Shown here: one piece after another, positions 27,608-43,930 of the stretch
Position numbering within the stretch: position 1 is the first letter of the stretch
Layout of the letters: every line of letters starts with the position of its first letter
Origin: the human T2T-CHM13v2.0 reference genome, Homo sapiens
NCBI RefSeq assembly: GCF_009914755.1
Contig: NC_060936.1
Reading direction: 5' to 3' (one strand)
Length of the DNA: 64,000 bases
Program-made: the position numbers and the translations under genes
Notes under the pieces: generated by a model
The model's input: only the letters and a program-made list of their open reading frames with translations
The model's database searches: none
Told to the model about the DNA's origin: nothing

Positions 27608-28027
27608 TGTCTTGTCTTTTGTATACAGTATTTGAGGGCGGGGGCGAGGTGGGGAAGTTAGCTAGTTTGCACTTTAATGTAGTTTAGTCAAGATAGTCTT
27701 TTTATGAACCAATTTGTGCAGATTGGATGTGACTAAAATATCAAATCCCTACATTGTCAAAGCACTAATGGATTGGGAAGGTAAATTATAGAAGAGTGTT
27801 TTCCTGTAAGAATTACACTGACATTCAAAATTAACTTTTCTTGATACCGAGTCCACTGCATTCCACACTGGCTTTGCGGGGAACATTTAAATCCAAGTTC
27901 TTCGTGAGTGCTCTAATAGACAAGAACTGTGGTAATTAAATTAGAAGGCAAAAATTGTTCCTTGGTTACTTCCTGCAAGTTTTCTTACCTTGGGGGACTA
28001 TTAGTGAGGAAGAATGTTTAGCAGATT

Positions 28028-28377
28028 TGTATTAGTCTGTTCTCATGCTGCTAATAGAGACATACCTGAGACTGGGTAATTTATAGAGGAAAGAGATTTA
28101 ATTGACTCACAGTTCCACATGACTGGGGAGGCCTCACAATCACGGTGGAAGAGCAAGGGACGTCTCACATGGTGGCAGGCCATAGAGAGAGCATGTGCGA
28201 GGGAACTCCCCTTTATAAAACCATCAGACCTCGTGAGGCTTATTCACTATCATGAGAAAAACATGGGAAAGACCTGCCCCCATGATTCAATTACCTCCCA
28301 CTGGGTCCCTCCCATGACATGGGAATTATGGGAGCCATAATTTAAGATTTGGGTGGGGACACAGCCAAACCATATTA
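28028..28377 (-). mobile_element. THE1 solo LTR
   Basis: tgtattagtctgttctcatgctgctaat...ccaaaccatatta. Confidence 0.92.
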
Positions 28378-28483
28378 AGAGTCTCGACAAAATTAAGATT
28401 ATTCTGCCTTTATGGAAATGAGCAGGTCCACAAATGACTCAAAATATTTGGGGGGAAAAGAAGTAGGTAGCTTGGGAGGTAGC

Positions 28484-28619
28484 TAGAGATGGGGTTTCAC
28501 TATGTTTCCCAAGCTGGTCTTGAACTCTTGGGCTGAAGTGATCCACCTGCCTTGGCTTCCCAAAGTGCTGGGATTACAGGTGTCAGCCTGGCCACGAACA
28601 ACATTTTTAATGTGTATGT
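28484..28619. repeat. 136-bp direct copy of 29546-29681 (Alu left arm plus non-Alu flank)
   Basis: Identical except for one base, including the flank acgaacaacatttttaatgtgtatgt. Confidence 0.95.
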
Positions 28620-29154
28620 AATATTTCTGTTTAGTTTTCCTTCCCTCTATACCATGCCTTGGTTAGTAATCTGTTGTGCTTGAACCAAAGCTGAACTGAC
28701 ACTGAAGACACACGGGTTCAGTCCCACTTTTGCTGCTCACCAGCTACGTGACCTTGTGAAAGTTATTCAGCTTCTCTGGGCTTAGTTTCTTTTTCCGTTG
28801 AGTAAGACGTTTTGGACCAGATGACCTCTAATGTTTTTCCCAGATCTAAGATTCCTTGACACACCTACCAACAAATGTTTCAATTTTAATATGTAGTTTT
28901 TTCTTGTTATGAAGAGGGAAAACTCATTAAACAATTTGGAAAAAATCAAAAAAGGATAAGTGAAAACTATCCACAATTCCATCATCCGAAGAACCAATGT
29001 AAACACTTTGGGGCAATTTTCTTTGTCTTTTTTTGATATATAATTTCACAAATCATGATTGTTTATATTGTGCATGACAGTTTTGTATCCTTTTTTTATT
29101 TCTTCCTAAGCATGTCTCTGTGTCTTGCCTGTCTTCATGAACATTATGATTATT

Positions 29155-29655
<501 letters not shown>

Positions 29656-30119
29656 ACGAACAACATTTTTAATGTGTATGTCATATTTCATTGAGCGGTC
29701 ATGTCTGGATTTACATAACCACTCTCTGGTTGGCAGACATTTTGGTTGATGCCAGCTTTTCTCTTATGGCTATTTGTGATGCATATCTTTGTTCATGAAT
29801 ATTTCTCCATCTTTTTATTTTCCTTGAGTTTATGGCTCTTTCAATGGTTCTATTTGTGTTTCCTGGCAAACATGGATAAATGCCCCAGAAACTTGCTGGG
29901 TGGGTGGCTTCGTGAATTTTCCCTGGAATTAAAACTTACTTTGCCTCCCATAACTGAATTGACTGTATGTCAGAGGGAGGACAGTGGCTGGGAGGTAACT
30001 CTGACTTTCATGCTTTATTAAGTCCTCACTTGCCTGCAGCCTCACTTCTTTTAGGTATGACCTAATTTTCATTGAGTTCTTTTGTCTGCACGGCTAATAA
30101 CGACATTATCCTCAACGAC

Positions 30120-30345
30120 AATAATAACAGCTACTGTTTTAAGAGTTTGTTCAATAGTGCCAGGTATTGTCCACTGTCTCATTCCATCCTTACAACAGCC
30201 CCTCTGAAGTCACTATTTTCAACATTTTGCAGACGAGGAAACTGAGGCACAGAAAAGTTGAGTTCTTTTCTCAAGGTCAGATAGGGAATAGGATTTGCAC
30301 CAAGTTTCTCTTTATCCAAGAGTTTGACCTCTGAAGCACTGTATT
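30120..30345 (-). mobile_element. MIR
   Basis: attttgcagacgaggaaactgaggcacagaaaagtt. Confidence 0.8.
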
Positions 30346-30597
30346 CCTCTCCTTGCCCCCATATTTGCTCTCCTAGAAACATCTGTAATTAAAAAAAAAT
30401 AGAAGAAAAGGAGGAGATTGATAAAGGGATGGAAGGAAGAAGGAACCATCCTTTGCATTTCCCTAATGTCTAGCGGCAGCTCTGCATTAAAAGCCAGGAG
30501 ACTTGCGTTCCTCTTCTAGCCTTACTATTCATTTGCTGTGTGGCCTTGAGCAAACTACATCCTATATCCATGCCTCAGTTTATAATCTACAAAATTA

Positions 30598-30910
<313 letters not shown>

Positions 30911-31717
30911 TTAAAGGGCTAAATTATAGAGTCTTTATGGACTCTGAGACTCTTAAGATTCTCTGATTGACCCTAGGTTGGTGGGAGGGGACTCAGAAGT
31001 GATTATCGCTGCAGAAAACGGGGAATCCAAGGCTCAAGGAAGTCTGCAGTATCACAAAAACTATCAGGCCCTGTTGGGTCTTTCACGTGTAAATATCTGA
31101 GACTTTGTATTTTGGGGTCTCTTTGGGAATGGATTTAATGAAGGTTAAACACAAAAGAATAGAGTTAAGAATATCTGGACACCACAGGGAACCCAAGAGC
31201 AGGAGCAAGGGAACCAGATGTTTCTGTTCATATCTACACTCCTGGCAACATCATGCCTCTCACTCTGACACCGTTCTCTACGCTCCAGGGCCCCGGAAGT
31301 TGCTGAGTTTTCAGATATTTGAGCCTGAACTAACACCTCCCTACGCAATCTAGGAGAAAGAATCTGATTGGTCCAGCCAGGGTCACATGGTCTACTTCTG
31401 ATCCAATTAACTGTGTCAGGCTGGGGGTGTGGTCCAAACACAGGGGCCACCTCTGGAGGGGTGGGGCACCTCAGGCGTCATTCCTGGGCGTGATGGCTCA
31501 GAAGTCCAGGGACAGAATTGCTCCATGGGGCACACCCTTGATGGTCTCACAGTGCGGCAAGAGCTCCTGCAGTTGTTATTAAGGATGGAGCTTTAAATTA
31601 CTTACTTCCACTTTATGTGAAGTGGCTTTCCCCGGAAGGAATGAACAAAACTGAGGACGCCTAGGGGAGCCAATTATTGTTTGAGGCTTTGAAGTGTGCA
31701 CGTGTGCAGAGGGACGG

Positions 31718-32235
31718 TGTATTAGGGTTCTCTAGAGGGACAGGATTAATAGGATAGATGTATATATAAAGGGAGTTTATTGAAGAGTATTGACTCACAC
31801 TATCACAAGGTGAAGTCCCACGATAGGCTGTCTGCAAGCTGAGAAGCAAGAAAGCCAGTCTGAGTCCCAAAACCTCAAAAGTAGGAAAGCCCACAGTGCA
31901 GCCTTCAGTCAGCGGTCAAAGGCTCGAGAGCCCCTGGCAAACCGCTAGTGTAGGTCCAAAAGTCCAAAAGCTGAAGAACTTGGAGTCCGATGTTCGAAGG
32001 CAGGAAGCATCCAGCAGGGGAGAAAGATGCAGGCTGGAAGACTCAGCCAGTGTAGTCCTTCCACGTTCCTCTGCCTGCTTTTATCCTAGCCGTGGGCAGC
32101 TGATTAGATGGTGCTCACCCAGACTGAGGGTGGGTAGGCCTCTCCTAGTTCAGTGACACAAATGTTATATCCATTGGCAACACCCTCACAGACACACCCA
32201 GGAACAATACTTTGCATCCTTCAATCCAAGTCAGT
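31718..32235 (-). mobile_element. MLT2A2-like (HERV-L) LTR, 5' end eroded
   Basis: tgtattagggttctctagagggacag...agctgattagatggtgc...gacacacccaggaacaatactttgcatccttcaatcc. Confidence 0.88.
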
Positions 32236-32354
32236 TTCAGTCAAGTTTTCTTTGATGATTTCCCACATAGTGATATTCACTAAGGGAGACTTCCCAGTTG
32301 AAAACCTGGATGGCCTCATGACTGCACATTGAATCCCGTTTCTTGAAAAGGTTA

Positions 32355-32652
32355 CGCTGGGCGCGGTGGCTCGCACCTGTAATCCCAGCACTTCGGGAGT
32401 TCGAGACAGGTGGATCACTTGAGGTCAGGAGTTCGAGACCAGCCTGGCCAACATGGTGAAACCCCGTCTCTACTAAAAATACAAAAATTTGCCAGGCGTG
32501 GTGGTGCATGCCTGTAGTTCCAGCTACTTGGGAGGTTGAGGCAGGAGAATCGCTTGGACTCGGGAGGCAGAGTTTGCAGTGAGCCAAGATCCTGCGCCAC
32601 TGCACTCCAGCCTGGGCAATAGAGTGAAACTCTGTCTCAAAGAAAAAAAAAA
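32355..32652 (+). mobile_element. AluS
   Basis: Full dimer. Confidence 0.95.
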
Positions 32653-33119
32653 GTTGGTTAAAATGGCCAGGCAGTGCACTTGTGTGCCAAAAGGAATGTT
32701 CTAGAGAATCAACACACCTCTAATCCTGATGTTGAGATTCAATAAGGACCAAGAGCCCTCTAGATAAGTAGAACTCAAACTTTAGATTGTTTAGGAACTA
32801 CCCAGGGTGCTTGTTGATATGCAGATTCCTGGATCCCCCAGAAATTCTGTGGGACCAAGGAGGTGGAGGTGTGGACTGGGGATTTTTAGCAGGTGCCTCA
32901 AGGTAAGTCTGATGCTGGTAGTCTGATCCATATGATTACTTTTCATATGTAAAAAGAAGAAAAAAATCCATGAAATTCTTACCCAATGAAATCTGATGTG
33001 TCATATAAAGGTTGAGCTGCTTCAGGTGATGTAGCAGGTGAGGAGCTCAGAGTTCTCCCCATTCTACCCTGTGCTGTGCCCTCCACGCTTGTATTAATAA
33101 AGCCACTATTTATTTATTA

Positions 33120-35085
33120 GCTGCTGGAGGTATTGCGGACAAAGTAATGAATAAAATAAACCAAATTCCAGTTCTCATGGGACTCTTCTACCTGCAGGGA
33201 AGGCAGGCAATACACAAATTAGCTAATGAGTAACTTGCAGGTTGTGCTAAGTGCTGTGAAGGCAAATATAGCCGTGGGGAGGGGACAGAAATACTGGAAG
33301 GGGGATGTCAGGCCATCTGAAAAGGCATTTGAGTAAGGACCTGGATGCAGTGAGGGAGTAAGGCATGAGAAGATTTGTGAGGAAAATGTTCCAGGAAGAA
33401 GGCATGGCAAGGGTGAAGGCTATGAGGCTGGAATAAGCTAAGAGTATTACAAGAAGACCAAGCAGGGGAATGAAGCTAGAGGGAGTGTGCAGACAGGTGG
33501 GTAGGGGCCAGGTCACTTGCAGCCTTGCCTGTGACTTTGCACAGGCCCTGTGCATAGTAAGGTGTTTGTATTTCATTTTAGGAATGATGGAAACCATGTC
33601 CTCATGTAATCTTCCCAACGATCTTATGAAGAAGGTCCTACTATTTATGGCCATTTTACAGTTAGGGAAACTGAGGCATAGAGCGATGAAGACATTCACA
33701 ACTTCTAAGTGGGAATATGAGGATTTGGACCTCAGGGTGACTTCAGAGGCTACTGTTCACTACCACACAATACCATCTCCTATATATCTCAGGAGTTTAG
33801 CATCAAATTCTACATGATAGATCCCTTATGGAGCTGCAGTAGGGTATAGTGTGAAATTATTTTGGCCACTTGCTAGTTGTCTCTTCTTGGATTAGGAATT
33901 TACATTTCTGAGCTACGTAAAATAAGAAGGCTATTTTCCCATCTAATTCATTTTATTGGGTTTTGATGAAGAAGAATACATGTGCTTTATAAACTATAAA
34001 ATGCAACATAAGTATTGTGAATCATCTCCACTGAGTTTGATTTAACCCTTGTTTCCTTTGAGAAAGTCAAAAATCCCTTCTGATTTGTGGAAATTTGAAA
34101 CCTCATTGAGTCAACTCTTGGGTCAAAGGGAAATCACACTGAAATTATGAAATATTTAGAGAAAGAGGTAATAAAAATACATATCAGTTTCTTTAGGATA
34201 TAGCTAGTGCAGTGTGCAAAGGCAAGTTCATAGTCTTAATACGGTTCTTCTGAGAGTGAAAGTATCACATAGTGATGACAATCATGAGCTCTGGAATCAG
34301 ACTTGGATTGAAATCTGAATTTTGCCACTTCTGAGCTATGTGATCTTGGATAATTGCTTAACCTCTCTAAGCCTTAGAGTTAGTCCAGTTTCATTATCTG
34401 GGAAGTGGCAATGGTAGTAACCTACCTGATAGGGTTTTGTGCTGGCTGTTCCCTCTGCTTGAAATGTTTGTCTTGTGTGGTTGGCTCTCTTATTTCATTC
34501 AGGTTTTTGTACAACATCACAGCCCCTTATGCTTTATTTTTCTTTATCTCATTTATGACTTCCTGACCTTATATTGTGTATTTATTTTTTGTTTGTTTCC
34601 TTCTATAGAGGTCATCTATGTGAGAGTAGAGACTTTGTCTTGGTCATTGCTGAACCTGTAGGAACTAGAGCTGTGTTTAGTGCACGGAAAATTTACGGCA
34701 CATCTGTTGAATGAATGAGTGGGTGCATGGTGGGGCTGAGCAGAAGGATAAGACAATGGATATAATCACTTAGCAGAGCACCTCACTCACTGTGAGCCCT
34801 CGGTGAATGTTGGAGGTTTGTTCTTGGCTTCCACTCCTTCTTACAAGGTGATCTCTTCAAAAATCTAGATTATAATCTTCTTGAAGGAAAGAAAGGTGCC
34901 TTTCACAGTTCTGTGTTTCCTGCTCATGCTAGGCACATTGAGGTGGCTGAGTGAATGCTTTCATTGAGAGAACTGAGGTATAGGGAAGTGAGATTAGCAC
35001 CTCTATGATGTCTATCATTCCTTTTATTGCTGGGCACAATGAAGTTGCTCAATAAATATTTGTTGAGCAAATGAATGAACAAAAA
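33120..35085. mobile_element. Cluster of L2 and MIR fragments
   Basis: L2 (-) ~33120-33520, MIR (-) ~33540-33760, MIR (+) ~34260-34430, L2 (+) ~34435-34720 and ~34860-35085. Confidence 0.7.
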
Positions 35086-35134
35086 CAATCTTTTTATGCA
35101 CAGCATTAAATGGAGTGGACTGTGGAAATGTAGA

Positions 35135-35495
35135 TGTATTAGTCTGTTCTCATGCTGCTAATAAAGACACACCTGAGACTGAGTTATTTATAAATGAAAG
35201 GAGGTTTAATGAACTCACAGTTCCATATGGCTGGAGAGGCCTCACAATCATGGCGGAAGGTGAAAGAGGAGCAAAGGCATGTCTTACATGAAAGAAAGTG
35301 CGTGCAGGGGAACAACTGCCATATATGAAACCATCAGATCTTGTGAGACTTATTCACTATCATGAAAATAGCATGGGAAAAAACCTGCTCCCATGATTCA
35401 ATTATCTCCCACGGGGTCCCTCCCACGACATGTGGGGATTATGGGAGCTACAATTCAAGACGACATTTGGGTGGAGACACAGCCAAATCATATCA
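35135..35495 (-). mobile_element. THE1/MST solo LTR
   Basis: tgtattagtctgttctcatgctgctaataaagac...ccaaatcatatca. Confidence 0.92.
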
Positions 35496-35749
35496 ATATA
35501 TAAAGTCAAATTCAAAGAGATGCTCAATGCCTGGGTGCATTATTTAGATCCTGCGAGCCCTCCTGCCTCGCTCTTTCTCTCTCTCCACTGCATTCTCAGC
35601 AGCTGCACTTTGCCTTCTCCAAGGCCAGTTAAGCCCGTTTTCTGGGGGTGTGGGGCCTGTGGGTGTAGAACTGAACCCAGATCCCACTCTGCCCTTACCA
35701 AGAAGCCAGTGGACATAGGAGGCAGATGGTAACCTGGCAATTAGACCAC

Positions 35750-37043
<1,294 letters not shown>

Positions 37044-37724
37044 TCATAGACTTTAACTGATTTCATTTACATGACACTGATTTCTTCTTCTATGATTTTT
37101 ACCCATTAGTGCTGAGAAAAGAGGCTCAGAGAGGACAACGGATTCGCCTAGGGTCACAGAGCCAGTGAGTGGCACAGCTGGAGTGGCATTTCAGTGTGGC
37201 TGTTTCCACTGAGCTCTTGCAGCCACCAGCCTCGGAGACCACCCTGCTGAATGAGGGTTCCAGTCTCGACTCAATCACCTTTCACCCAGTGACCTTGAGC
37301 AGGTCCTTTCTCTCTGGTGTTAGAATCCCATAAGCCATAGAATACCAGAAAGCCTGTGTTGTTTCTGTAACCCACAAAGATAGCACAGCCCCTCCTCATT
37401 CCATGAGTCCCCCAGTGGGGTGGACATCAGGGCTCAGTGTCATGGAAATGGCTCATGGGGTGACTCAGATTTGGCTCAGGCTCAGGGCTGCATTGTTTTA
37501 GAGATGAAACAGAGCACCTTAGGACCGCTGGATGAATTTGAATGGCAGTTATATTTTGTTCAACCTAAAGTGTGTTTGAAATAATTTTATTTAATTTCTA
37601 TGTTTAAAAATTGAGAAGTCTCATGTAAAATTCCAGATTTCCACTTCTCTTAAAATCTAAAACTAATCCCAGGTAGCAACACTTAGGTGATACTGAGGAG
37701 CACCTTTAAAAAAAATTAGTTAAT

Positions 37725-38290
37725 TAAGAGATGCGGTCTCACTCTGTTGCCCAGGCTGGACTGCAATCATAGCTCAACCTCGAAACCTTAGGTTCAAGTG
37801 ATCTTCCTGCCTCAGCCTCCCGAGTAGTTGGAAATACAGGCACGTGCCACCACACCCAGCTAATTTTAAAAAAGTGTTTTTTAGCTTTTGGGTTTTTTTG
37901 GTAGAGATGGAGTCTCACTATATTGCCTAGACTGGTCTTGCACTCCTGGCCTCAAGGGATCCTCCCACCTCAGCCTCCTAAGTAGCTGGTACCACAGGTG
38001 TATGCCACCACACCCAGATAATTAATTTTTGAAAATAGAGATGGGGTCTTGCTGTGTTGCCCAGGCTGGCGTCAAACTCCTGGGCTCAATGATCCTCCCA
38101 CCTCAGCCTCCTGAGTAGCTGGGACCACAGGTGTGTGCCACCACACCCAGATAATTAAAAAAAATTTTTAGGAGATAGGATTTTACTATGTTACCCAGGC
38201 TGGTCTTGATCTCCTGGCCTCAAGCGATCCTCCCACCTCAGCCTCTCAAAGTGCTGGGATTGCAAGTGTGTGTGAGCCACTGCACTGGCC
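37725..38290 (-). mobile_element. Four-unit (tetrameric) AluJ-like element
   Basis: Right arm, two hybrid ~135-bp units (37901-38035, 38036-38170) and a left arm. Confidence 0.85.
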
Positions 38291-38944
38291 CTGCAGAGCG
38301 CCATTCTATGGGCATGTGCCTCCTTGTTTGCTCCCTGTCCCATGAGGTCACTTCTCTCATTTAGTGGTCCCTGTAGCCATTTGAGTTGGAGACCTCTGGT
38401 GAGTTTTATTTTATTTGAACTGAACTTCAGTACCAGTTAAGCACAGGCTGTGACGTGCTGAACTTTTCACTTTCAGAATGGCGTCCAGTAAATCAATCCT
38501 GGGTATGATGCCATGCCGGGCTGTTCTTACAGATGCTATGGGAATTGTGTGGCTCCATTTCTGCACTCTGCATTGTTTTGGTGATTTGTGCTCGGAAATG
38601 AAATCACTGCTTGGATACTGCTAGACTGCAGGGACAGATAACTCAGTAGAACTCCTCACCTGCCTTTGAGGCAGTCTGTGATGTATTGTCATTTATTTCT
38701 TTTCATCTGTGGTTTTATGTTTGTGTCTGCTACATTCTGAAGTCTTAATTCAGAAGCTCGAGCCAGGTCATCCAGTTAAAAACTTCCTGGCAATCGTCCC
38801 TCAGTATCCCCGGGGTTGGTTCTAGGACCCCCTTGGATACCAAAACCTGTGGGTTCTCAAGTCGCTGACATAGAATGGTGTAGTATTCGCATGTAACCTA
38901 TGCATGTCCTCTTTGCATACTTTAAATCACTTCGAGATTATTTA

Positions 38945-39190
<246 letters not shown>

Positions 39191-39221
39191 ATAGTTGTTA
39201 TACTGTATTGTTTTAAAATAG

Positions 39222-39527
<306 letters not shown>

Positions 39528-39887
39528 TAATTTTTATTTTGGAAAATTTTCGATCTGTGGTTGGTTGAATCCGTGGATGCAGAACCTGCAGATACTGATG
39601 GCCGACTGTATATCCTGTTTGTGTGCTGACTTGAGTGTGTGTCTCCTCTGTGGCAGAGACAATAATGTTCCTCAGGTGGTCCCGGCACTTCTCCATTCCC
39701 AGACCCTTGTAGTTAAGCGGGGCCACACGACTTATTCCTGTCAATGGGCTATGAGCAGAAGGGGCATACATCACCCCCAGGCCTAAGCCTGGGAAAGCCT
39801 GTGTGAGTTTTCTGTGTTCTTTTTTCTGCTGTATGGAGTCTGAAGGCCTCATGGTGAAAATGTGGAATCAGGGTATCATTTGAACTT

Positions 39888-40253
39888 GGTGTTATGGTCT
39901 GAACATTATGTCTCCCTAACTTTATATGTTGAAACTCCAGCCCCAACATTATGTGAGGGGATGGGGCTTTGGGAGATGATTAGGACCTGAGAGTGGTGCC
40001 CTTATGAATGGGATTAGTGCCCTAATAAGAAGAGACACCAGAGAGCTTGCTGCCTCTCTCTCTCTGCTCATGTGAGGATACAACGAGAAGACAGTCATCT
40101 GTAAACCAGAAAGGGGATGCTCACCGGAACCCAATCTGCTGGTACCTTGATTGTGAACTTCTCAGCCTCCAGAATTGTGAGAAACAAATGTTTGCTGTTT
40201 GAGCTGCCCAAATTTATGCTAATTTATTATAGCTGCCAGAGCTGATTAAAACA
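39888..40253 (+). mobile_element. MaLR LTR (MSTD/MLT1A-like) nested in an older MLT1 (~39650-40381)
   Basis: tgttatggtctgaac...gaatgggattagtgccc...cagcctccagaattgtgagaaacaaatg; older LTR ends cctgaccgataca. Confidence 0.8.
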
Positions 40254-40714
40254 CCCGGATTTCTGAGTTACTAGACCTGCAGCAGACTCTATGAGGGAGG
40301 AGTAAACTTTTGTTGTGTTAAGCTGGTGGGATTTTGGTGTGTTTGTTACACAGCAGAACCTAGTCCATCCTGACCGATACATTCTCTATTAGAATTGATG
40401 AGTAGGAACTGCACATCCATGTCTAGAAAAGCTCTTGACAGCCAGTGCTCAAGAAATATTACAGAATGAATAAAAGAACAATTATGGTTTGTGTTATTAG
40501 ACTCTACATATACCTACTCTTTTTCTCATAGATGGTGCGTTAGATTGGAAGGCCACCTTCCTGTGAAGGAAAGGAGAACCAACTCTTATTGAGTGCTGTC
40601 TATTGTGCTAATTATTATCCACATCTAAAGATAAAATGAGATCCAGGGAGATTAGGCAGTTATCCTGGGGTTATAGAGCTATCTAAGAGTGGTTCTGCTA
40701 GAATGACTCCTACC

Positions 40715-42152
40715 CATCTTTTCAGTTGTCTATAGGTCTTGACTTTAATGCCACCTCCTCAGGGAAGCCTTCCTTGATCACTAGACTGGATTAGTTGTCA
40801 CTGTTATATGCTCCCCTAACTCCTGGTACTTCCCCCATATAACACTTACTTCCCTTCAGATTTTGAGTGCTCTGAGAGTAGATCCTGTGTCTGTTTTGCT
40901 CAATGTGGTATATTCAGCACCTAGTATAGTACCTGGTACATAGTAAATGCTCAATATATGTTTGTTGGTTGAATAAAGACAGTCAGGAAACTTAGACTTT
41001 TGTTTCGGTACTGCCTCTAATCAGTTGTGTTATTCTGGACCAATAGTTTTATCTTTCTGACTTCTAGTATTCTCATTTGTACAAAAAGGGTGCTTGATTA
41101 AATTTGTTCTTTTTGGCTCTAGCATTCCACAATTATTTCATTCACAAACTACCCTCTCATTCCTTCTCTGGGCCTACTTTTGGGTCACCTTCTGGCCTCT
41201 TATTCCGTCTATATTCCTGGAATAATTGACAGAATTGGGAATTGAAGCCAGGCAGTCTAACTACAGAGTCCATAATTTTAACTGCTCATTCCACCCACAT
41301 ACCCACCCACCCATCTCTGTTTATGCAGTCATCTTTCTTCCATCCATTCACACAATCATCCATCCATCCTTCCATCTATCCATCTCATCATCTATCTAAT
41401 AATCCCTCCCTCCATTTATTCATTCGAGTATCTTCTGTCCAAATATCCATCCATTTTTCAGCAAATACTTTTGAAGTGAGTATTCCATGCTAGGACCTGT
41501 GCTGGGGTCCTTGGGTTCCAGCAAAAACAAAACAGATTCTGTTCCTGCCCTCGTGGAGCTCTCAGTCTAATTAGTTCTGGGGAATTTCTCTTTAGTTGCT
41601 ATTGATGTGGGAGGTTGAAATAATGTCCAATGTGTGAGCTGGAGCTCTTTGGTTGATTTTATTGTATTGGTTTTTGTATCCTCATGGATAATATAATGCT
41701 ACTTTGTTATTATTGTTATGCATAAAGGTATTGATTAATTAATTCACCAATGTTCATTGAGCACTCGCTATATTCCAGGCATTGTGTTCGATGCATGCAA
41801 GTCCCAACTTTTCCACAACTCTAGAGAGCATTACTCACATGGTATTCTATTTGATTCTGGAGTTGCACAGCATAGTGGAAACAGGCATTTGTCACTCTTA
41901 TGAAGGAGTCCACAGCCTAGCATAGTAATTAAGAGCTTGGGCTCTGGGTCTGGACAGCCTGGTCTTGAGTCCCATTTCCACACTTACTGGCTATGTAATT
42001 TTGTCAAATCACTTCACCTCTCTGTGCTTCCATTTTTCTCACCTGTAAAATAAGGATAATAACTGCTAAATTCAGTGAGTTTTTACATGGCTATGAGTTA
42101 ATTCATGAAAAAGCTCTCAGAATAGTACTTAGCACCTAGTAAATGCTCAATA
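40715..42152. mobile_element. L2 and MIR fragments with (CCAT)n-like tract
   Basis: L2 3' end ~40715-40975; CCAT-rich tract ~41295-41450; MIR ~41920-42152. Confidence 0.7.
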
Positions 42153-42319
42153 AAAAGATCGATGAGCAGCTTAGATATATCTCTTACTTGGTGGCTTTCT
42201 TTAATGGTTTTTCAGATGGGGAAACTGAGTCAAGAGCATAACCTAGCCTAACCTGACATGATAAGCTAAAGCCAGAGCCTATGATAATCAATTAGTGACT
42301 ATTTACTGATCCAGAGGGT

Positions 42320-42740
42320 ATGTAATCATGCAGCAAAATATTTCCCTTAGCTGAGATACTCCATTTTTGAATGTTTGACTACTGACAACTTCCAAGCCCT
42401 CTCCCTCCTCCTTCCCCTTTTGCCTCATATCTGGATAAGCCAATAAGAAATCCTGTGCACTACCTTTTTTGGCATTGGTGGAGAAGTTCACCCACCCACG
42501 CAGGACCGTCATTCAACCCCACCCCCCTAACCACAATAAAAACCAAAGCCATTGCCACTCCCTTTGCTCAAGCCATTCCAGACCAGCTTGGGTGTTTTCC
42601 CTGCTCTTCTCAGAAAGAAACATTATGTGAGTTAATGATTATTTCCATACTCTTAGTGCATATGTGGCATCATCATTCTTGACATCCAAGCCAATTTTGG
42701 GTAGAGTATTGATTTCCGTCCTCCCTGGGGGCAACCACAC
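42320..42740 (+). mobile_element. ERVL-type LTR, MER54-like
   Basis: gcaaaatatttcccttagctgaga...ctgacaacttccaagccc...gtggcatcatcattcttgacatccaagccaa. Confidence 0.6.
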
Positions 42741-43042
42741 GATACCAATGCTAACTGAGAATGAAATTTGGAAGAAAAATGGAAGTTCTACTTGGCCTGA
42801 AAAAAATGACCCAGCTCCTATGCTGCAGCAATTCCATTTCTCTGACACTACTGGAGAGACTACATAGACATGTGTGAAGGGAACAGCTCCATAGACCATG
42901 ACACATCTGGTATGGGCTACTCAGCCACCATTAAAACAGTTATGTAGGTTGGTATGTGTGGACGAAGGGTGGGTTCTCAAAACATCATTGAGTGAGAAAA
43001 GCAAGATAGATAATTTGTTAAATATGTTCATGGTCTCTTCAT

Positions 43043-43930
43043 TTTTTTGTTTCTTATTTTTGAGACAAGACCTCACTCTCTTGCCCAGGCTGGAGTGCAG
43101 TGGTATGATCATGGCTCACTGCAGCCTTGAATTCCTGGACTCAAGTGACCCTCCTACCTTAGCCTCCTGAGTAGCTGGGACCACAGGCATGTGCCACAAT
43201 GACTGGCTAACTTTTAAAGTTTTTGTCGAGATTGGGTCTCATGATGTTGCCTAGGTCATATGGTCTCTTTACAATTAACTTTTGTGTATGGTGTAAGGTA
43301 GGGAGTCAAAGTTTTGGTTTGTATTAGTATCCACATGGATATCCAATTGATCCAGCACCATTTATTCAAACAACCATTATTTTCCCCTTCCTGTGCTCTC
43401 AAACTGCAGTAATGCCTTCATTGTAAATCGGGTGACTGGATGTGTGTGGCTCCACTTCAGGACTTAGTATTGTTCTATCAGTCTTTTGTCTATTATTTTG
43501 TTAATAGCGCCATATTTTTAATAACTATAGCTTTGAGTAAGACTTGAAATCTGATAGTTTAAGTTTTCCACCCTTCTTCTATATTGCTTGATTTTTGTTA
43601 GGTTGTTTGCATATCTATATAAATTTTAGAATCAGCTAATAAATTTCAATAAAAGTAGACCCTAGATTTTTATTTGGATTCTAGTGAATCCGTAAACCAT
43701 TTGGGGGACAATTAAAATCATAATATTAAATCTTCCAATCCATGGTCACGGGACATTTCTCCATTTATGTAAGTTTTCTTTAACTCCTTTTTGTAATGTT
43801 TGTTTTTGTCAGTGTAGAGGTCTTGCTCGTCTTTTGTTAAATTTATTCATAGGTTAAAAACATTTTTGGATTCTGTGGTAAATGGCATTGCATTTTACAT
43901 TTCCTTTTTTCTACTGTTTGTTGCTAGTGC
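43043..43930 (-). mobile_element. Partial Alu (43043-43260) followed by L1M
   Basis: ttttgtgtatggtgtaaggtaggg...tataaattttagaatcagc are L1 3'-region motifs. Confidence 0.85.
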
